64,000 nt of DNA, taken from a virus. The translations under genes and the position numbers were made by a program. The stretch is taken from IMG/VR virus record IMGVR_UViG_3300045051_000531. The stretch is one strand, 5' to 3'. The notes beneath the pieces were generated by a model. It made no database searches. It was not told where the DNA came from and saw only the letters and a program-made list of their open reading frames with translations. This document shows positions 46,035-55,934 of the stretch, piece by piece (positions within the stretch are counted from its first letter, which is position 1; every line of letters begins with the position of its first letter).

Positions 46035-46423
46035 CCGCTACCGCGCTGTTCCGCGTCGAAATCAACATCAGTGATATCAAGACGCGTGTCTTCGATATTC
46101 ACGAGGCCTGTGAGGCTGGTGTCGCAGAGCTCCACAGCTCAGACGACGAGGACTCCTGCACCAAGGATCTCGTGTTGAAGTGGCCCTGTGACGTGGTCCC
46201 GAAGGTCTCCTTTGCACGCTGGATGTCGAAGTACGCGGCTCCGATGCTGGCTCAGGGGGCCAAGCTGTTTATTGGAGTCCGTGACACCGGCGTCCGAGTC
46301 GACATCAGCCAAGCCTATCGTACCGCTGATCCGGTCACCTGGATTACCTTGGACACCGACAAGCTGACCGCGGAAGCCGGGGCCAAGCTTGCCGACATCA
46401 AAGCCATCCTGGAGCGTCCATGA
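46031..46423 (+). CDS. hypothetical protein
   Basis: GTGA/ATGA overlaps. Confidence 0.7.
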   Translation: MTATALFRVEINISDIKTRVFDIHEACEAGVAELHSSDDEDSCTKDLVLKWPCDVVPKVSFARWMSKYAAPMLAQGAKLFIGVRDTGVRVDISQAYRTADPVTWITLDTDKLTAEAGAKLADIKAILERP

Positions 46424-46554
46424 TCGTGATTCGCATCCTGCTGTTACCGACTATCGCGTTGCTGCTGTTCTTGTCGTGGCTCGGTGAAGCCGCCGATGAT
46501 GCCTACTGGATCCTGTACCACTGGACCGACACCCCTGATAGAAAGAAGCCATGA
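46420..46554 (+). CDS. small membrane peptide (44 aa, not in ORF track)
   Basis: MIVIRILLLPTIALLLFLSWLG; ATGA overlaps on both sides. Confidence 0.55.
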   Translation: MIVIRILLLPTIALLLFLSWLGEAADDAYWILYHWTDTPDRKKP

Positions 46555-46781
46555 GCACCGACATCAAGCTCCTCCTCGCCAAGCTGTCCCTCGAAGGGGG
46601 CTGCTTGGTGTCGTCCGCGGACTGCTCCGAGATCGAGATCGTCGATGCCAGGCAACGCGGCGACTTCTACGTCCAGGATGGCGGCCTGGGGTTCGTACGG
46701 CGCCTTCCGGACTGGATGCAGAAACACTCCCGCTTCCATCGGGGTGCCGAACCTGGTAACTGTGAGGTCACCCCGAGGTGA
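46551..46781 (+). CDS. hypothetical protein
   Basis: 76 aa in gene chain. Confidence 0.65.
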   Translation: MSTDIKLLLAKLSLEGGCLVSSADCSEIEIVDARQRGDFYVQDGGLGFVRRLPDWMQKHSRFHRGAEPGNCEVTPR

Positions 46782-47575
46782 TCCCGTTGAAGAAGCCGAA
46801 GGTCAAAGAAGTCGACATCGCGGCTGCCCTCGGCGACTACCTCGCCGTGCGCGGCTACGAGATCTACCCGGAGTTCGGCGAAGTCGATCTCACCGCGTAC
46901 CATCGTGGCCGTGATGAACTCATCGGGGTCCAGGCGAAGCGCGAACTGAACTTCTCCGTGCTCGCCCAGGCCAGGCGGTCCAAGATGGTGACCGGTCACG
47001 ACGCCATCTGGGTCTGCACGGGGGCCTCAGCGATCTCGCTGTTCTGGGCCCCCAGGATCTGCATGCACCCCGACGTCGACCTCGGCGTCGTCGTTGTGGA
47101 TCGAGCTGGTGAGGGCTACGCCAGGCTGGGGTTCCATCCCAGCGTCGAGCTGTCCTACCTCCCGGTACCGAAGGCCGAGCATCACCATCACCGCCGCAAG
47201 CACATGCTGGAGCTGATGTGCCCTGAGGCCCAGGTCTACGCGGCTCCGGGGTCCACGGGGCCCCTGCAATTCACCGAGTTCCGGAAGCTGGAAGTCCTGC
47301 TGTACCGCGCCGCCGAGGCCAGTGGCGGCCAGCTCTCCGAGACCGAGACCCGGAAGATCTGCGGGAAGAAGTGGCGTCGGCAGCGGTTCCTGGAGCTCAT
47401 GGCGAACAAGGCGTTCCAGACCCTGCGGCTCCGCGACGACGGCTCCCTGGAGACCTACAGGGTCTGGGGTTCCCAGGCTGCTGGACACTTCGGGCGAGAG
47501 TGGCCCCTTGCTGACCCAGGACTTGCCGCTGTGCCTCTGCGTGGGCTCCATTGCGGGGCCCAGGCCCCAGTCTAG
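46778..47575 (+). CDS. PD-(D/E)xK-like nuclease (DUF2161-like)
   Basis: YEIYPE..EVDLTA..IGVQAK..LNFSVLAQA. Confidence 0.6.
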   Translation: MIPLKKPKVKEVDIAAALGDYLAVRGYEIYPEFGEVDLTAYHRGRDELIGVQAKRELNFSVLAQARRSKMVTGHDAIWVCTGASAISLFWAPRICMHPDVDLGVVVVDRAGEGYARLGFHPSVELSYLPVPKAEHHHHRRKHMLELMCPEAQVYAAPGSTGPLQFTEFRKLEVLLYRAAEASGGQLSETETRKICGKKWRRQRFLELMANKAFQTLRLRDDGSLETYRVWGSQAAGHFGREWPLADPGLAAVPLRGLHCGAQAPV

Positions 47576-47578
47576 AAT
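47551..47578 (+). promoter_or_regulatory. sigma70-like promoter for tail cluster
   Basis: TTGCGG-N16-TAGAAT, 32 nt before ATG 47611. Confidence 0.5.
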
Positions 47579-47610
47579 GGCCGTGGCCCCAGTAGGGCTG
47601 GAGATCTGCG

Positions 47611-48222
47611 ATGCCCAGGCGCGCCGTACAGAACATCCGTAATGCAGGGGCCCTGCGGCGCGGTGTCCCCGGTACCAACGCGGGGCCCGCGGATGAGATC
47701 CTGACCGCATCTACGATCCTGGCGACCGGGATCGTCTGGCAGGCCAACAACAACGGCACCATTGTGGAGCGGACCTACGGCGATGGCCGGAAGTGGTTCC
47801 CGGTCCAAGCGGTCCCGCCGCCCAGCATTCTGGCTGGTCAGTATTGGATCGAGACCATCGCTGGCACCGACTACTGGTGCTATGTCGATTCAGCCAACAA
47901 TAAGAAGATCCTGGCGCCTGACACCCTGGTTGGGCCCATCAACCTGATCAATGCGACACCCGTGGTGGTCGATACCTTCGCGCAGACCGCTGGTCTGACG
48001 AAGTGGCTGATCTCCATCGTGGATGGTTCCGGCTCCTACCTCGGTGTCGAGGTCCTCGCGGCAACCACGGGCATCAACACAGTGGACTACCAGATCTATT
48101 CCCCAACCTCGGTGCTGACCCACATCATCACGGTGACCCGCGCCGTCGCGGTCACCTCGCTTCAGATCACCGCGGCGGGTCTCGGCTACGCGGCCAGTGC
48201 TCGCCGCATCACGCAGTCCTAA
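47611..48222 (+). CDS. tail/virion protein
   Basis: C-terminal KW.I..EV.A..G domain also seen in 51824..52330. Confidence 0.7.
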   Translation: MPRRAVQNIRNAGALRRGVPGTNAGPADEILTASTILATGIVWQANNNGTIVERTYGDGRKWFPVQAVPPPSILAGQYWIETIAGTDYWCYVDSANNKKILAPDTLVGPINLINATPVVVDTFAQTAGLTKWLISIVDGSGSYLGVEVLAATTGINTVDYQIYSPTSVLTHIITVTRAVAVTSLQITAAGLGYAASARRITQS

Positions 48223-48231
48223 GGGGGACAC

Positions 48232-48621
48232 ATGGCCGAACTTACCCTGAACGTGACCCGCGGGGCCGTTCAACTCCTGCAGAGCTCGTTGATGCGTCCT
48301 GGCTGGGCCAAGGACACCGTCACGCTGTATCGAGCTGGAGCCATCCTGGAAACCATCGACGGGGTCTACAGCGCGGATCCCATGCCGCGGTTGCTGATCA
48401 CGGATCCCAAGGAACCGCCGAAGTCTGAGGTCATCGAGGCGCACACCACAGCGGTCGAGAACTGGGCCATGAAGCCCGCCACGCTGAACGTCTCCGCCAA
48501 GGACTACGAGGTCTGCAAGCTCTGCATCTCCATGGCGGTGGGTTCCGGCGGCCTGATGCCGACGAAGCACTACATGTCGCTGGCTGAAGCGCTCGGCCTC
48601 AACGAGACCCCAGGGAAGTAA
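48232..48621 (+). CDS. hypothetical protein
   Basis: 129 aa within tail cluster. Confidence 0.75.
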   Translation: MAELTLNVTRGAVQLLQSSLMRPGWAKDTVTLYRAGAILETIDGVYSADPMPRLLITDPKEPPKSEVIEAHTTAVENWAMKPATLNVSAKDYEVCKLCISMAVGSGGLMPTKHYMSLAEALGLNETPGK

Positions 48622-48622
48622 G

Positions 48623-51157
48623 ATGCCGGGGAACCCGACGTACGCCCAGCTCGGCTTCGAGGCCATTGAGGCCGGCACCAATGCGCTGCTCGCGATTTCG
48701 ATCGCGTCCAGGCGCGACGGTGTCGACCGCACCGGCTTCTACGCCGGGGCCGCGTTGGCGTACATCGGGTTCGTCGCTGACGGCGTCGAGGTCTTCCGCG
48801 GCAACGCTGATGATGGTTCCGGGAACCCGTACCTGGCATCGCTGGGCTACATCGTTTCCACGAACCATGTCCGCGTCGGAAACAGCCCGGGTGTCTATGC
48901 CCCCGTTGCTGGCGATTTCCGCTTCAACGCGGGCACCTTCCAGGGCTACGACGGCGCCACCTGGAACACGTTCGCTATCGGCATCGGCACCCCGGTCTAC
49001 TGGCTCCGCGATGCCATCAACGAGAAATGGTACACCGACAACCTCGTCGGCCCGACCACGATTGCTGATCTCGGCATCGGGGTCCTCGACATCCAGGCTA
49101 CGAGGACATTAGCCCAGCACTTCGTGCAGACCGCGGGATCCGTCGGCGTCGGTCAGCAGATCCGGATCTACGACTACATCCCAGGTGGCGCCACGGCCAC
49201 GGTTCCGGGCAACGTCGCCTTGGGCTACGGTCTCGAGGTCCCCTCGGGGTACGATACCTCGGGGACCCCCAACGTCGTCGTTGGTTCCGGCATCCAGGTC
49301 ATCGCTGGTGCCGATGCCTCCGCGGTCTTCGGGCGCAACCTCATCGTGGACTCCGGTGCCCCGGATCCCACGGCCAGAGCTGTCGTCCTGGGTGCCGATC
49401 TCTCCACGCTCGCCGGTGTCGCCACGGCCCGCAACGTCGCCGTCGGCTTGGGCACCGCGTTCACGGGCACCGACTTCCTCGCCCTGGCCTCTGACGCCGG
49501 TCCCGTCAACGCGCTGAACTCGATCTACATCGGGCTCGGTGGTGCCGGTGCCACCGACATGCAGGACGCCATCCTGCTGGGTTCCTCGCTGAACAACGCT
49601 GCCATCAACGGCTACTTCGGCATCGGTATCGGCTTCGAGGTCAGCTATGCCCTGCGGGGCACCGCGATCGGTTACCAGGCCGCCGCCAACGCCGCGGACT
49701 CCATGGCGATCGGCTACGCCGCCGTAGCGAACAACACGGCGTCCGTCGCCTTCGGTCGTGGGGCCTCAACGACGGCAGCCAACCAGCTCAGGGTTGGTTC
49801 GGACTCCTACCCGTTGAACGCGTCCGTGGTTGGCCGGGGCTCCTTCGGCGACGGCACCACGTCGGCGTCCTACTTGTTCCCCGTGCTGGCGGCCCGGCAT
49901 CTCCTGGCTCCTCTGGCAGCGGGAACCGATCCGGCTTCGACGCGGTCCGCCTTCCAGGCCGATTTTGTCCTCGCGAACACTATTGGGCTGTACACCGTCG
50001 ACGACGTCGCCGTCGCCCGGATCGCGCACGACGTCCAGAGCTCAGGCCTGGGCTCCTTCAGCTTCGACAACTTCTCCCTCCTCGAGATCGCATCAGGCAT
50101 CGTGGCTGGCCCCAGGACCGGTGGATCCGCCCACGGCATCTGGGTCCGGGACTCCCTGGACCTCGGCGCCGATCGCGCCTATGGGCTCCGCGTCGATCCC
50201 ATCACCGGCGGCGTCCTGGGGAACTGGGCGGCCTGGTTCGGTGGTGCCATCCACGTCGGGGATCGCGCCGCGCCTGGCGACGAGCTCCAGGACGGCGACA
50301 TCTGGCACGCTGCTGGAGCCGGGCTCCGGTTCCGCAGTACGGGGACCACCTACGAGTGGCCCACGACGGACGGCACCGCAGGCCAAGTCCTGAGTACGTC
50401 AGGAACTGGATCGCTGTCCTGGGTCGCTGGTGGAGGTGGCGGTGGGGGTGAGGCCTCTGAGATCATCACGCAGCCCGGGCACGGTTTCACGGTTGCTGAC
50501 ATCGGGGTCCCGCTGCGCTTCAACGGCACCCTGTGGGTCGTCGCGCAGGCCGACAACATCGCCAACGCGGAGAGCCCTGGCCTCCTTGGCGCCATCAACT
50601 CGATCAACGCGTTCACCATCATCTACCTGGGCCCCATCGACAACCTGCCGTTCGTGGCGATTCCCGGTGAGACCTACTTCATGGATGACGCCGTCGCGGG
50701 GCCCCTGACCCTGACGGCACCAACGGCGCCAGGCAGCGTCAATAAGCCCATGCTGCTGGCCACCGACGTCGACAAGGGCGTCGTGCTGCAGTACCGCGGC
50801 TTCCAGGTCCCCGTGACCGCGGTCAGCGTGGCGTCAGGCACGACGTACCTGGCCAACTACAACAACGTGTCCCCGTTCCTGTTCTTCGAGGTCCCGCTCG
50901 GTCAGACCTTGACGAGCATCGATGTCGAAGTCCTGCAGGTCTGGGATGGCGCCGGTGCCGCGATCGAGATCGGTACGTTGGGCACACCAGACGAGTTCTA
51001 TCAGGCCGATGAAACCGAGCTGACCTCGTTGGTTACCTTTGCCAAGGGGTTCTCCGAGCTTGGCCCGGTTGATATTTACCTTACCATTACTCCCGGGCTC
51101 GGTGCCTCGACCGGCCAGATCCGCATTCAAGTCACCACCACGCCCACAGGAACCTAA
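48623..51157 (+). CDS. tail fibre/adhesin with YadA-head-like repeats
   Basis: GDFRFNAGTFQGYDG..W; AIGYQAAANAADSMAIGYAAVANNTASVAFGRGA; GQVLSTSGTGSLSW hinge. Confidence 0.75.
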   Translation: MPGNPTYAQLGFEAIEAGTNALLAISIASRRDGVDRTGFYAGAALAYIGFVADGVEVFRGNADDGSGNPYLASLGYIVSTNHVRVGNSPGVYAPVAGDFRFNAGTFQGYDGATWNTFAIGIGTPVYWLRDAINEKWYTDNLVGPTTIADLGIGVLDIQATRTLAQHFVQTAGSVGVGQQIRIYDYIPGGATATVPGNVALGYGLEVPSGYDTSGTPNVVVGSGIQVIAGADASAVFGRNLIVDSGAPDPTARAVVLGADLSTLAGVATARNVAVGLGTAFTGTDFLALASDAGPVNALNSIYIGLGGAGATDMQDAILLGSSLNNAAINGYFGIGIGFEVSYALRGTAIGYQAAANAADSMAIGYAAVANNTASVAFGRGASTTAANQLRVGSDSYPLNASVVGRGSFGDGTTSASYLFPVLAARHLLAPLAAGTDPASTRSAFQADFVLANTIGLYTVDDVAVARIAHDVQSSGLGSFSFDNFSLLEIASGIVAGPRTGGSAHGIWVRDSLDLGADRAYGLRVDPITGGVLGNWAAWFGGAIHVGDRAAPGDELQDGDIWHAAGAGLRFRSTGTTYEWPTTDGTAGQVLSTSGTGSLSWVAGGGGGGGEASEIITQPGHGFTVADIGVPLRFNGTLWVVAQADNIANAESPGLLGAINSINAFTIIYLGPIDNLPFVAIPGETYFMDDAVAGPLTLTAPTAPGSVNKPMLLATDVDKGVVLQYRGFQVPVTAVSVASGTTYLANYNNVSPFLFFEVPLGQTLTSIDVEVLQVWDGAGAAIEIGTLGTPDEFYQADETELTSLVTFAKGFSELGPVDIYLTITPGLGASTGQIRIQVTTTPTGT

Positions 51158-51160
51158 GCT

Positions 51161-51814
51161 ATGGCCCTTCGCTACCTCTCCGACCTCGCAGGAACGCTGA
51201 ACTCGTTCTTCCGCATTGCCGGACTCCGCCTCAAGAACACCACGGACACCCTGCTGTCCATCCGCAACGCCGCGGATACCGAGTACCGCGACGCCAGCGT
51301 CCGCGCTCTCGAGCTCCGGCGCGTCTCCGGCACCAACAAGGTCGCCTTCGCGATCGGGTCGGAGCCCGCCGCGGACCGGACCTACAACTTCCCGGTGGCC
51401 TACGGCACCACGGGTCAGGTCCTCGCCGATGACGGCGCCGGCAACCTGAGCTGGACTTCGGTGGCCACCGGTGCCAACCAGGTCAAAGCGGAGCAAGAGC
51501 TCGTCGCGTTCAACTCGGGTTCCACGATCGCGATCTTCACGCCCCCGGCCAACGCCACGATCCGCACGGTGACCGTCGAGATCGAGACCGCCTTCGACGG
51601 TGTCGGTGCCCAGCTCTCCGTGGGTGTCGCCGCGCAGCCCGCCCGCTACATGGGCGCCACGCAGAACGAGCTCTCCCTCGCCGCGATCTTCGAAGTCACC
51701 CCGCTGTACGAGGAGGACGGGACCCCCGAGCAGGTCGAGATCGCCTTCGTCGCCGGTACCGGCGCCTCGGCGGGCTCCGCTCGGATCACGGTCGAGTACA
51801 GCAACCCGGCCTGA
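51161..51814 (+). CDS. short tail fibre/virion protein
   Basis: GQVLADDGAGNLSW; C-terminal domain similar to that of 48623..51157. Confidence 0.75.
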   Translation: MALRYLSDLAGTLNSFFRIAGLRLKNTTDTLLSIRNAADTEYRDASVRALELRRVSGTNKVAFAIGSEPAADRTYNFPVAYGTTGQVLADDGAGNLSWTSVATGANQVKAEQELVAFNSGSTIAIFTPPANATIRTVTVEIETAFDGVGAQLSVGVAAQPARYMGATQNELSLAAIFEVTPLYEEDGTPEQVEIAFVAGTGASAGSARITVEYSNPA

Positions 51815-51823
51815 TAGTTCGCA

Positions 51824-52330
51824 ATGCCCGACCGCTACCTTGCGGATCTCGCGGGCACCCTGCGGAACCAGTTCCGGATCACGCCGGCTGCGACATCAGG
51901 GCCCCCGGTATCCGGCACTCATCAGGAGGGCGAGCTCCACATGGACTCCTTGGGGTCCGTGTGGAGCTGCGTTGCTTCTGGGACGCCGGGTACCTGGGTT
52001 CTCCTGGACCCAGTCATCGGCGGGCAGTCCCCCAGCCTTCCAGTCAGTACGACCGTCTTGGACTCCTTCCTGATCGCGGACTACGTGACCGTGAAGTGGG
52101 CCCTGGATCTCAGGAAAGGAACCAAGGCGCAGATCTTCGAGATCGTGGGAACCCACGATGGCACCAACCCGACCGATCAGCGCCCCACGAGCTTCAGGAT
52201 CGGAACCGGAGCCATCGATATCGACGCCGATGTCGACATCACGGGCGGCACCACGATGCGGCTCACGGTTACACCGGTCACCACGGGCTGGACGGCGACG
52301 TGGCGACGTATGTTCGCGTTGGAGGCCTGA
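51824..52330 (+). CDS. tail/virion protein
   Basis: N-terminus RYLADLAGTL..FRI shared with 51161 gene. Confidence 0.75.
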   Translation: MPDRYLADLAGTLRNQFRITPAATSGPPVSGTHQEGELHMDSLGSVWSCVASGTPGTWVLLDPVIGGQSPSLPVSTTVLDSFLIADYVTVKWALDLRKGTKAQIFEIVGTHDGTNPTDQRPTSFRIGTGAIDIDADVDITGGTTMRLTVTPVTTGWTATWRRMFALEA

Positions 52331-52331
52331 C

Positions 52332-53156
52332 ATGGGTAATTCAGCCTTCATCTTCCCTATCGGTGGCATCGGTGACCGGTACACCAATCTGACCCCGTCA
52401 CCGATCGGTGTCGGCGGCCTCGTCGTGGGTTCCACGTTCAACGACGAAGGTCTCGCCGACATCGTGGATCGCATGATGTACCCGTACCAGCTCCCGACGT
52501 TCTCATCGTTCTCGATCCAGGCGATCCCGAATCCCTTGGAGGTCGGTGACGCGATCCCGGCGTCGGTGACGTTCCTGTGGGCGACCACGAATCCCGCGAA
52601 TATCCAGCCGAACTCGCTGAGCCTGATCGACGTGACCTCAGGCAACATCGTGCTCGCCGCTGGCCTCGCGAACGATGGCTCCGAGGCCGTCATCATGGGC
52701 GCCCCGATCTCGTACTCCGGGCAGGCCTCGCACGTCTTCCGAATCATCGGCATCAACACCCAGGCGAACCCGTTTCAGCGCGATGCCACGTACAACTGGC
52801 GGCACCGCTCCTACTACGGCAACAACGTCGCTACCACGGTGGTCGAAGCCGACATCGAGGCCATGGCGACGAACTTCCCGGTCACTGGCATCGCGGGGAC
52901 CTACGTGTTCCCGGCTGGCGGCTACAAGTACATCTGCGTCCCCGATGCCCTCGGCGGCCAGATCAACACGATCCTCGATGGTGGCGGCTTCGCGGTACCC
53001 ATGGCTGGGGTCCCTCAGGGTTACACGAACATTGACGGTGGTGGCTTCGGCTACCAACTTGTGAGTGTGACCAATGCGTTCGCCGTCGTGATGAACTACC
53101 GGGTCTACCGGACCCTGAACTCGCTGGGCGGTGCTCTGACCGCAACGGTGACCTAG
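52332..53156 (+). CDS. virion structural protein
   Basis: ATG after GGAGG; YKYICVP..YRVYRT pattern. Confidence 0.7.
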   Translation: MGNSAFIFPIGGIGDRYTNLTPSPIGVGGLVVGSTFNDEGLADIVDRMMYPYQLPTFSSFSIQAIPNPLEVGDAIPASVTFLWATTNPANIQPNSLSLIDVTSGNIVLAAGLANDGSEAVIMGAPISYSGQASHVFRIIGINTQANPFQRDATYNWRHRSYYGNNVATTVVEADIEAMATNFPVTGIAGTYVFPAGGYKYICVPDALGGQINTILDGGGFAVPMAGVPQGYTNIDGGGFGYQLVSVTNAFAVVMNYRVYRTLNSLGGALTATVT

Positions 53157-53617
53157 TGGCCCAGATCCCAGGCTCAGTACCGCTTCCTGGCTTCGTCGCT
53201 CCGTCGGATTCCACGGACACCTACCCGAGCCACGACTCCATCTGGGGTCGCGGCGGACTCCGCGAGGTCGCCACTCTTGCGGATCGTAATGCGATCACTA
53301 CGGACCGGCGTCGCGAAGGCATGTTGGTCTACGTGGCCACGGGCAGCACGTACTGGCGGCTACTGCCATCACCGTGGACCGGTACGGACACCGATTGGAC
53401 CGCTTTTTCTGGCGGCGGTGGTGGCGGTTCCTACACGCATAACCAGGCCGTTGCGGCACTCGTCTGGACCGTGAACCATCCCTTGAATGGGCTCCCCAGC
53501 GTGGTCGTCGTGGATTCCGGCGGCACACACGTCGAGGGAACCATTCAGTACGTGACCAGCTCGCAGCTCACGATAACTTTCGAATACCCCATCAGCGGCA
53601 CCGCCCAGCTCAACTAA
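53156..53617 (+). CDS. virion structural protein
   Basis: DRNAI..RREGMLVYV; WTVNHPLN..PSVVVVDS..I.F...GTAQLN. Confidence 0.75.
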   Translation: MAQIPGSVPLPGFVAPSDSTDTYPSHDSIWGRGGLREVATLADRNAITTDRRREGMLVYVATGSTYWRLLPSPWTGTDTDWTAFSGGGGGGSYTHNQAVAALVWTVNHPLNGLPSVVVVDSGGTHVEGTIQYVTSSQLTITFEYPISGTAQLN

Positions 53618-53638
53618 GCCTTTCCAAAGGACTCCCCC

Positions 53639-55900
53639 ATGGCCCGCAAGTTCCTGACCCCGATCGACATGACCAACCTGGAGGTCCTCAGCCTCCGCCT
53701 GCAGATCACCCAGCCGGCTGGAACAGTCGCTGGTCTGATCTACTACGACAACTCCACGACGAACCGGCCGCAGGTGTACTCGTCGGCGGCCTGGAACACG
53801 GTCCCGTTCATCGGAGCAGGAACCCCCGGCACCATCGGTGTCGGTGACGCCGCTGCTGCTGGCTCCAGCAACAACGCGGCCCGCCTCGATCACACCCACG
53901 CCTCGCCTGGCCTCGCCGCTGGTCCCAGCACCAACGGCTTCATGGCTGGCTCCGACAAGGCCAAGCTGGACGCCGCGACCTCGGTCGCCACGGCCTCCAC
54001 GCTGGTCATGCGTGACGCTAGCTCCCGGTTCCGCGCCGCGGATCCCAGCGACGTCGCCGATGTCGCCACCAAGGGCTACGTCGACAACGTCGCCGCGGGC
54101 ATGTCCTGGAAGCCGGCGGTCAAGCGGGCCACGGTTGCCGTCATCGACCTCAGCGCCGGTACCCGTTCCGTCCAGGTCCTCACCACGGGCACCGCGGACC
54201 TCAGTGTCGACGGCGCCAACGTCTCGAACACGCAGCGCATCCTCGTCAAGGACGGCACCACGGGTCTCGCCGGTGCCGGCAACGCCGACAACGGCATCTT
54301 CGTGGTTTCCGGCGTCGGCACCGACGTCACCCTGACCCGTGCCACCGATATGGACACCTGGCCGGAAGCTCCGGCTGCGGCGGTCTTCGTCGAGCTCGGC
54401 TCAACCCTCGCTGACACCGCCTGGGTCTGCACCGCCGATGCCGGTGGTACCCTGGGCACCACGGCGATCACCTTCGCCCAGTTCGCTGGTGCCTCGACGT
54501 ACACCTTCTTCACGGACACCGGTTCCGTGGGTACCTCGCTGAAGTCAGCGGACAGCACCGCGAATCAGTTCGTCCTCAAGGGCATCGTCGCGGGTTCCTC
54601 GAAGATCACGCTCGCCGGCAGCACGGTGAACGACGTCGCCGTCGATGTCTCCGAGTCCAACCTGACCCTGAACAACATCGGTGGCACCCTCAGCGCCACC
54701 AAGGGCGGCACCGGGCTGACGTCCTACGCCCAGGGCGACATCATCTACGCCTCGGCGGCGAACACCCTGAGCGCGCTCACCGGGGCCGCCACGGGCAACG
54801 TCCTGCTCAGCGGCACCGCCCCGAGCTGGGGCAAGGTCACGCTGACGGGCCACGTGACCGGGACCCTGCCGATCGGCAACGGTGGCACGAACTCGTCAAC
54901 CGCGCTGGCTGGTTCGACGATCATGATCTCGAACGGTTCCGCCATCGTGCAGGGTGCCGCGGGCACCACGACGACGGTTCTGCACGGCAACGCCTCTGGC
55001 GCCCCGACGTACGGCGCCGTCGCACTGACGACGGATGTCAGCGGTACCCTGCCGGTGGGCAACGGCGGCACCGGGGCCACCACGCTGACGCAGTACGCCG
55101 TGATTGTCGGCAACGGCACCAGCGCGGTTCAGTTCGTGGGCCCCAGCCCGAACAACGGGTACCCGCTGGTGAGCCAGGGCTCGGGCGCGACCCCGATCTT
55201 CTCGCAGCTCAACCTGACCAGCGCGGTCACCGGAGTCCTGGCCGCGACCAGCGGCGGTACCGGACAGACCTCGTACACGGTCGGTGATATCCTCTACGCC
55301 AGCACGACCACGGCCCTGAGCAAGCTTGGCATCGGCACCACGGGCCAGGTTCTCAAGGTCGTCGGCGGCTTGCCCGCCTGGGCTACCGACTCGGCCACCC
55401 CGGCCGGTGCGGATACCCAGGTTCAGTACAACAGCTCGGGTGCCTTCGCGGCCAGCGCGAACTTCACCTTCGCCTCGAACGTCCTCAACCTGGGTTCGGC
55501 CAGCGGCGCAGTTGGCGCCCTCAAGCTGAACGGCAGCACCAGCGGTTCCGCGACCATCAAGGTCGCCGCTGTGGCTGGCGCCCCGGCCGATCTGACCCTG
55601 CCGACGACGTCAGGTTCGAGCGGCTACGTCCTGACCACCGACGGTGCCGGCGTGCTGTCCTGGGCCGCGGCTGGTGCCAGCGTGATCCGGGCCTCGGCGA
55701 ACGTCGGCGCCATCACCGGCGGCTCGCCGGTGGTGATCACCACGGGCGTCACGGCTGCTACTCCGATCGTGCAGGTCTACGAGATCTCGACTCAGGCCCT
55801 GGTCGAGTGCGATATCGTGATCACGAGCTCGACGCAGATCTCGCTGACCTTCGCGGCCAGCGCGTCGGCGGACACCTACCGCTGGGTGCTCCTCGCCTAA
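53639..55900 (+). CDS. tail fibre protein
   Basis: ATKGYVD; RILVKD..NGIFVV..LTRATD; repeated GTL.xxxGGTG..Y..GDI.YAS units. Confidence 0.8.
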   Translation: MARKFLTPIDMTNLEVLSLRLQITQPAGTVAGLIYYDNSTTNRPQVYSSAAWNTVPFIGAGTPGTIGVGDAAAAGSSNNAARLDHTHASPGLAAGPSTNGFMAGSDKAKLDAATSVATASTLVMRDASSRFRAADPSDVADVATKGYVDNVAAGMSWKPAVKRATVAVIDLSAGTRSVQVLTTGTADLSVDGANVSNTQRILVKDGTTGLAGAGNADNGIFVVSGVGTDVTLTRATDMDTWPEAPAAAVFVELGSTLADTAWVCTADAGGTLGTTAITFAQFAGASTYTFFTDTGSVGTSLKSADSTANQFVLKGIVAGSSKITLAGSTVNDVAVDVSESNLTLNNIGGTLSATKGGTGLTSYAQGDIIYASAANTLSALTGAATGNVLLSGTAPSWGKVTLTGHVTGTLPIGNGGTNSSTALAGSTIMISNGSAIVQGAAGTTTTVLHGNASGAPTYGAVALTTDVSGTLPVGNGGTGATTLTQYAVIVGNGTSAVQFVGPSPNNGYPLVSQGSGATPIFSQLNLTSAVTGVLAATSGGTGQTSYTVGDILYASTTTALSKLGIGTTGQVLKVVGGLPAWATDSATPAGADTQVQYNSSGAFAASANFTFASNVLNLGSASGAVGALKLNGSTSGSATIKVAAVAGAPADLTLPTTSGSSGYVLTTDGAGVLSWAAAGASVIRASANVGAITGGSPVVITTGVTAATPIVQVYEISTQALVECDIVITSSTQISLTFAASASADTYRWVLLA

Positions 55901-55934
55901 GCAGTAGGGTTGAACTGAACCTTAAAGGGGTTAC

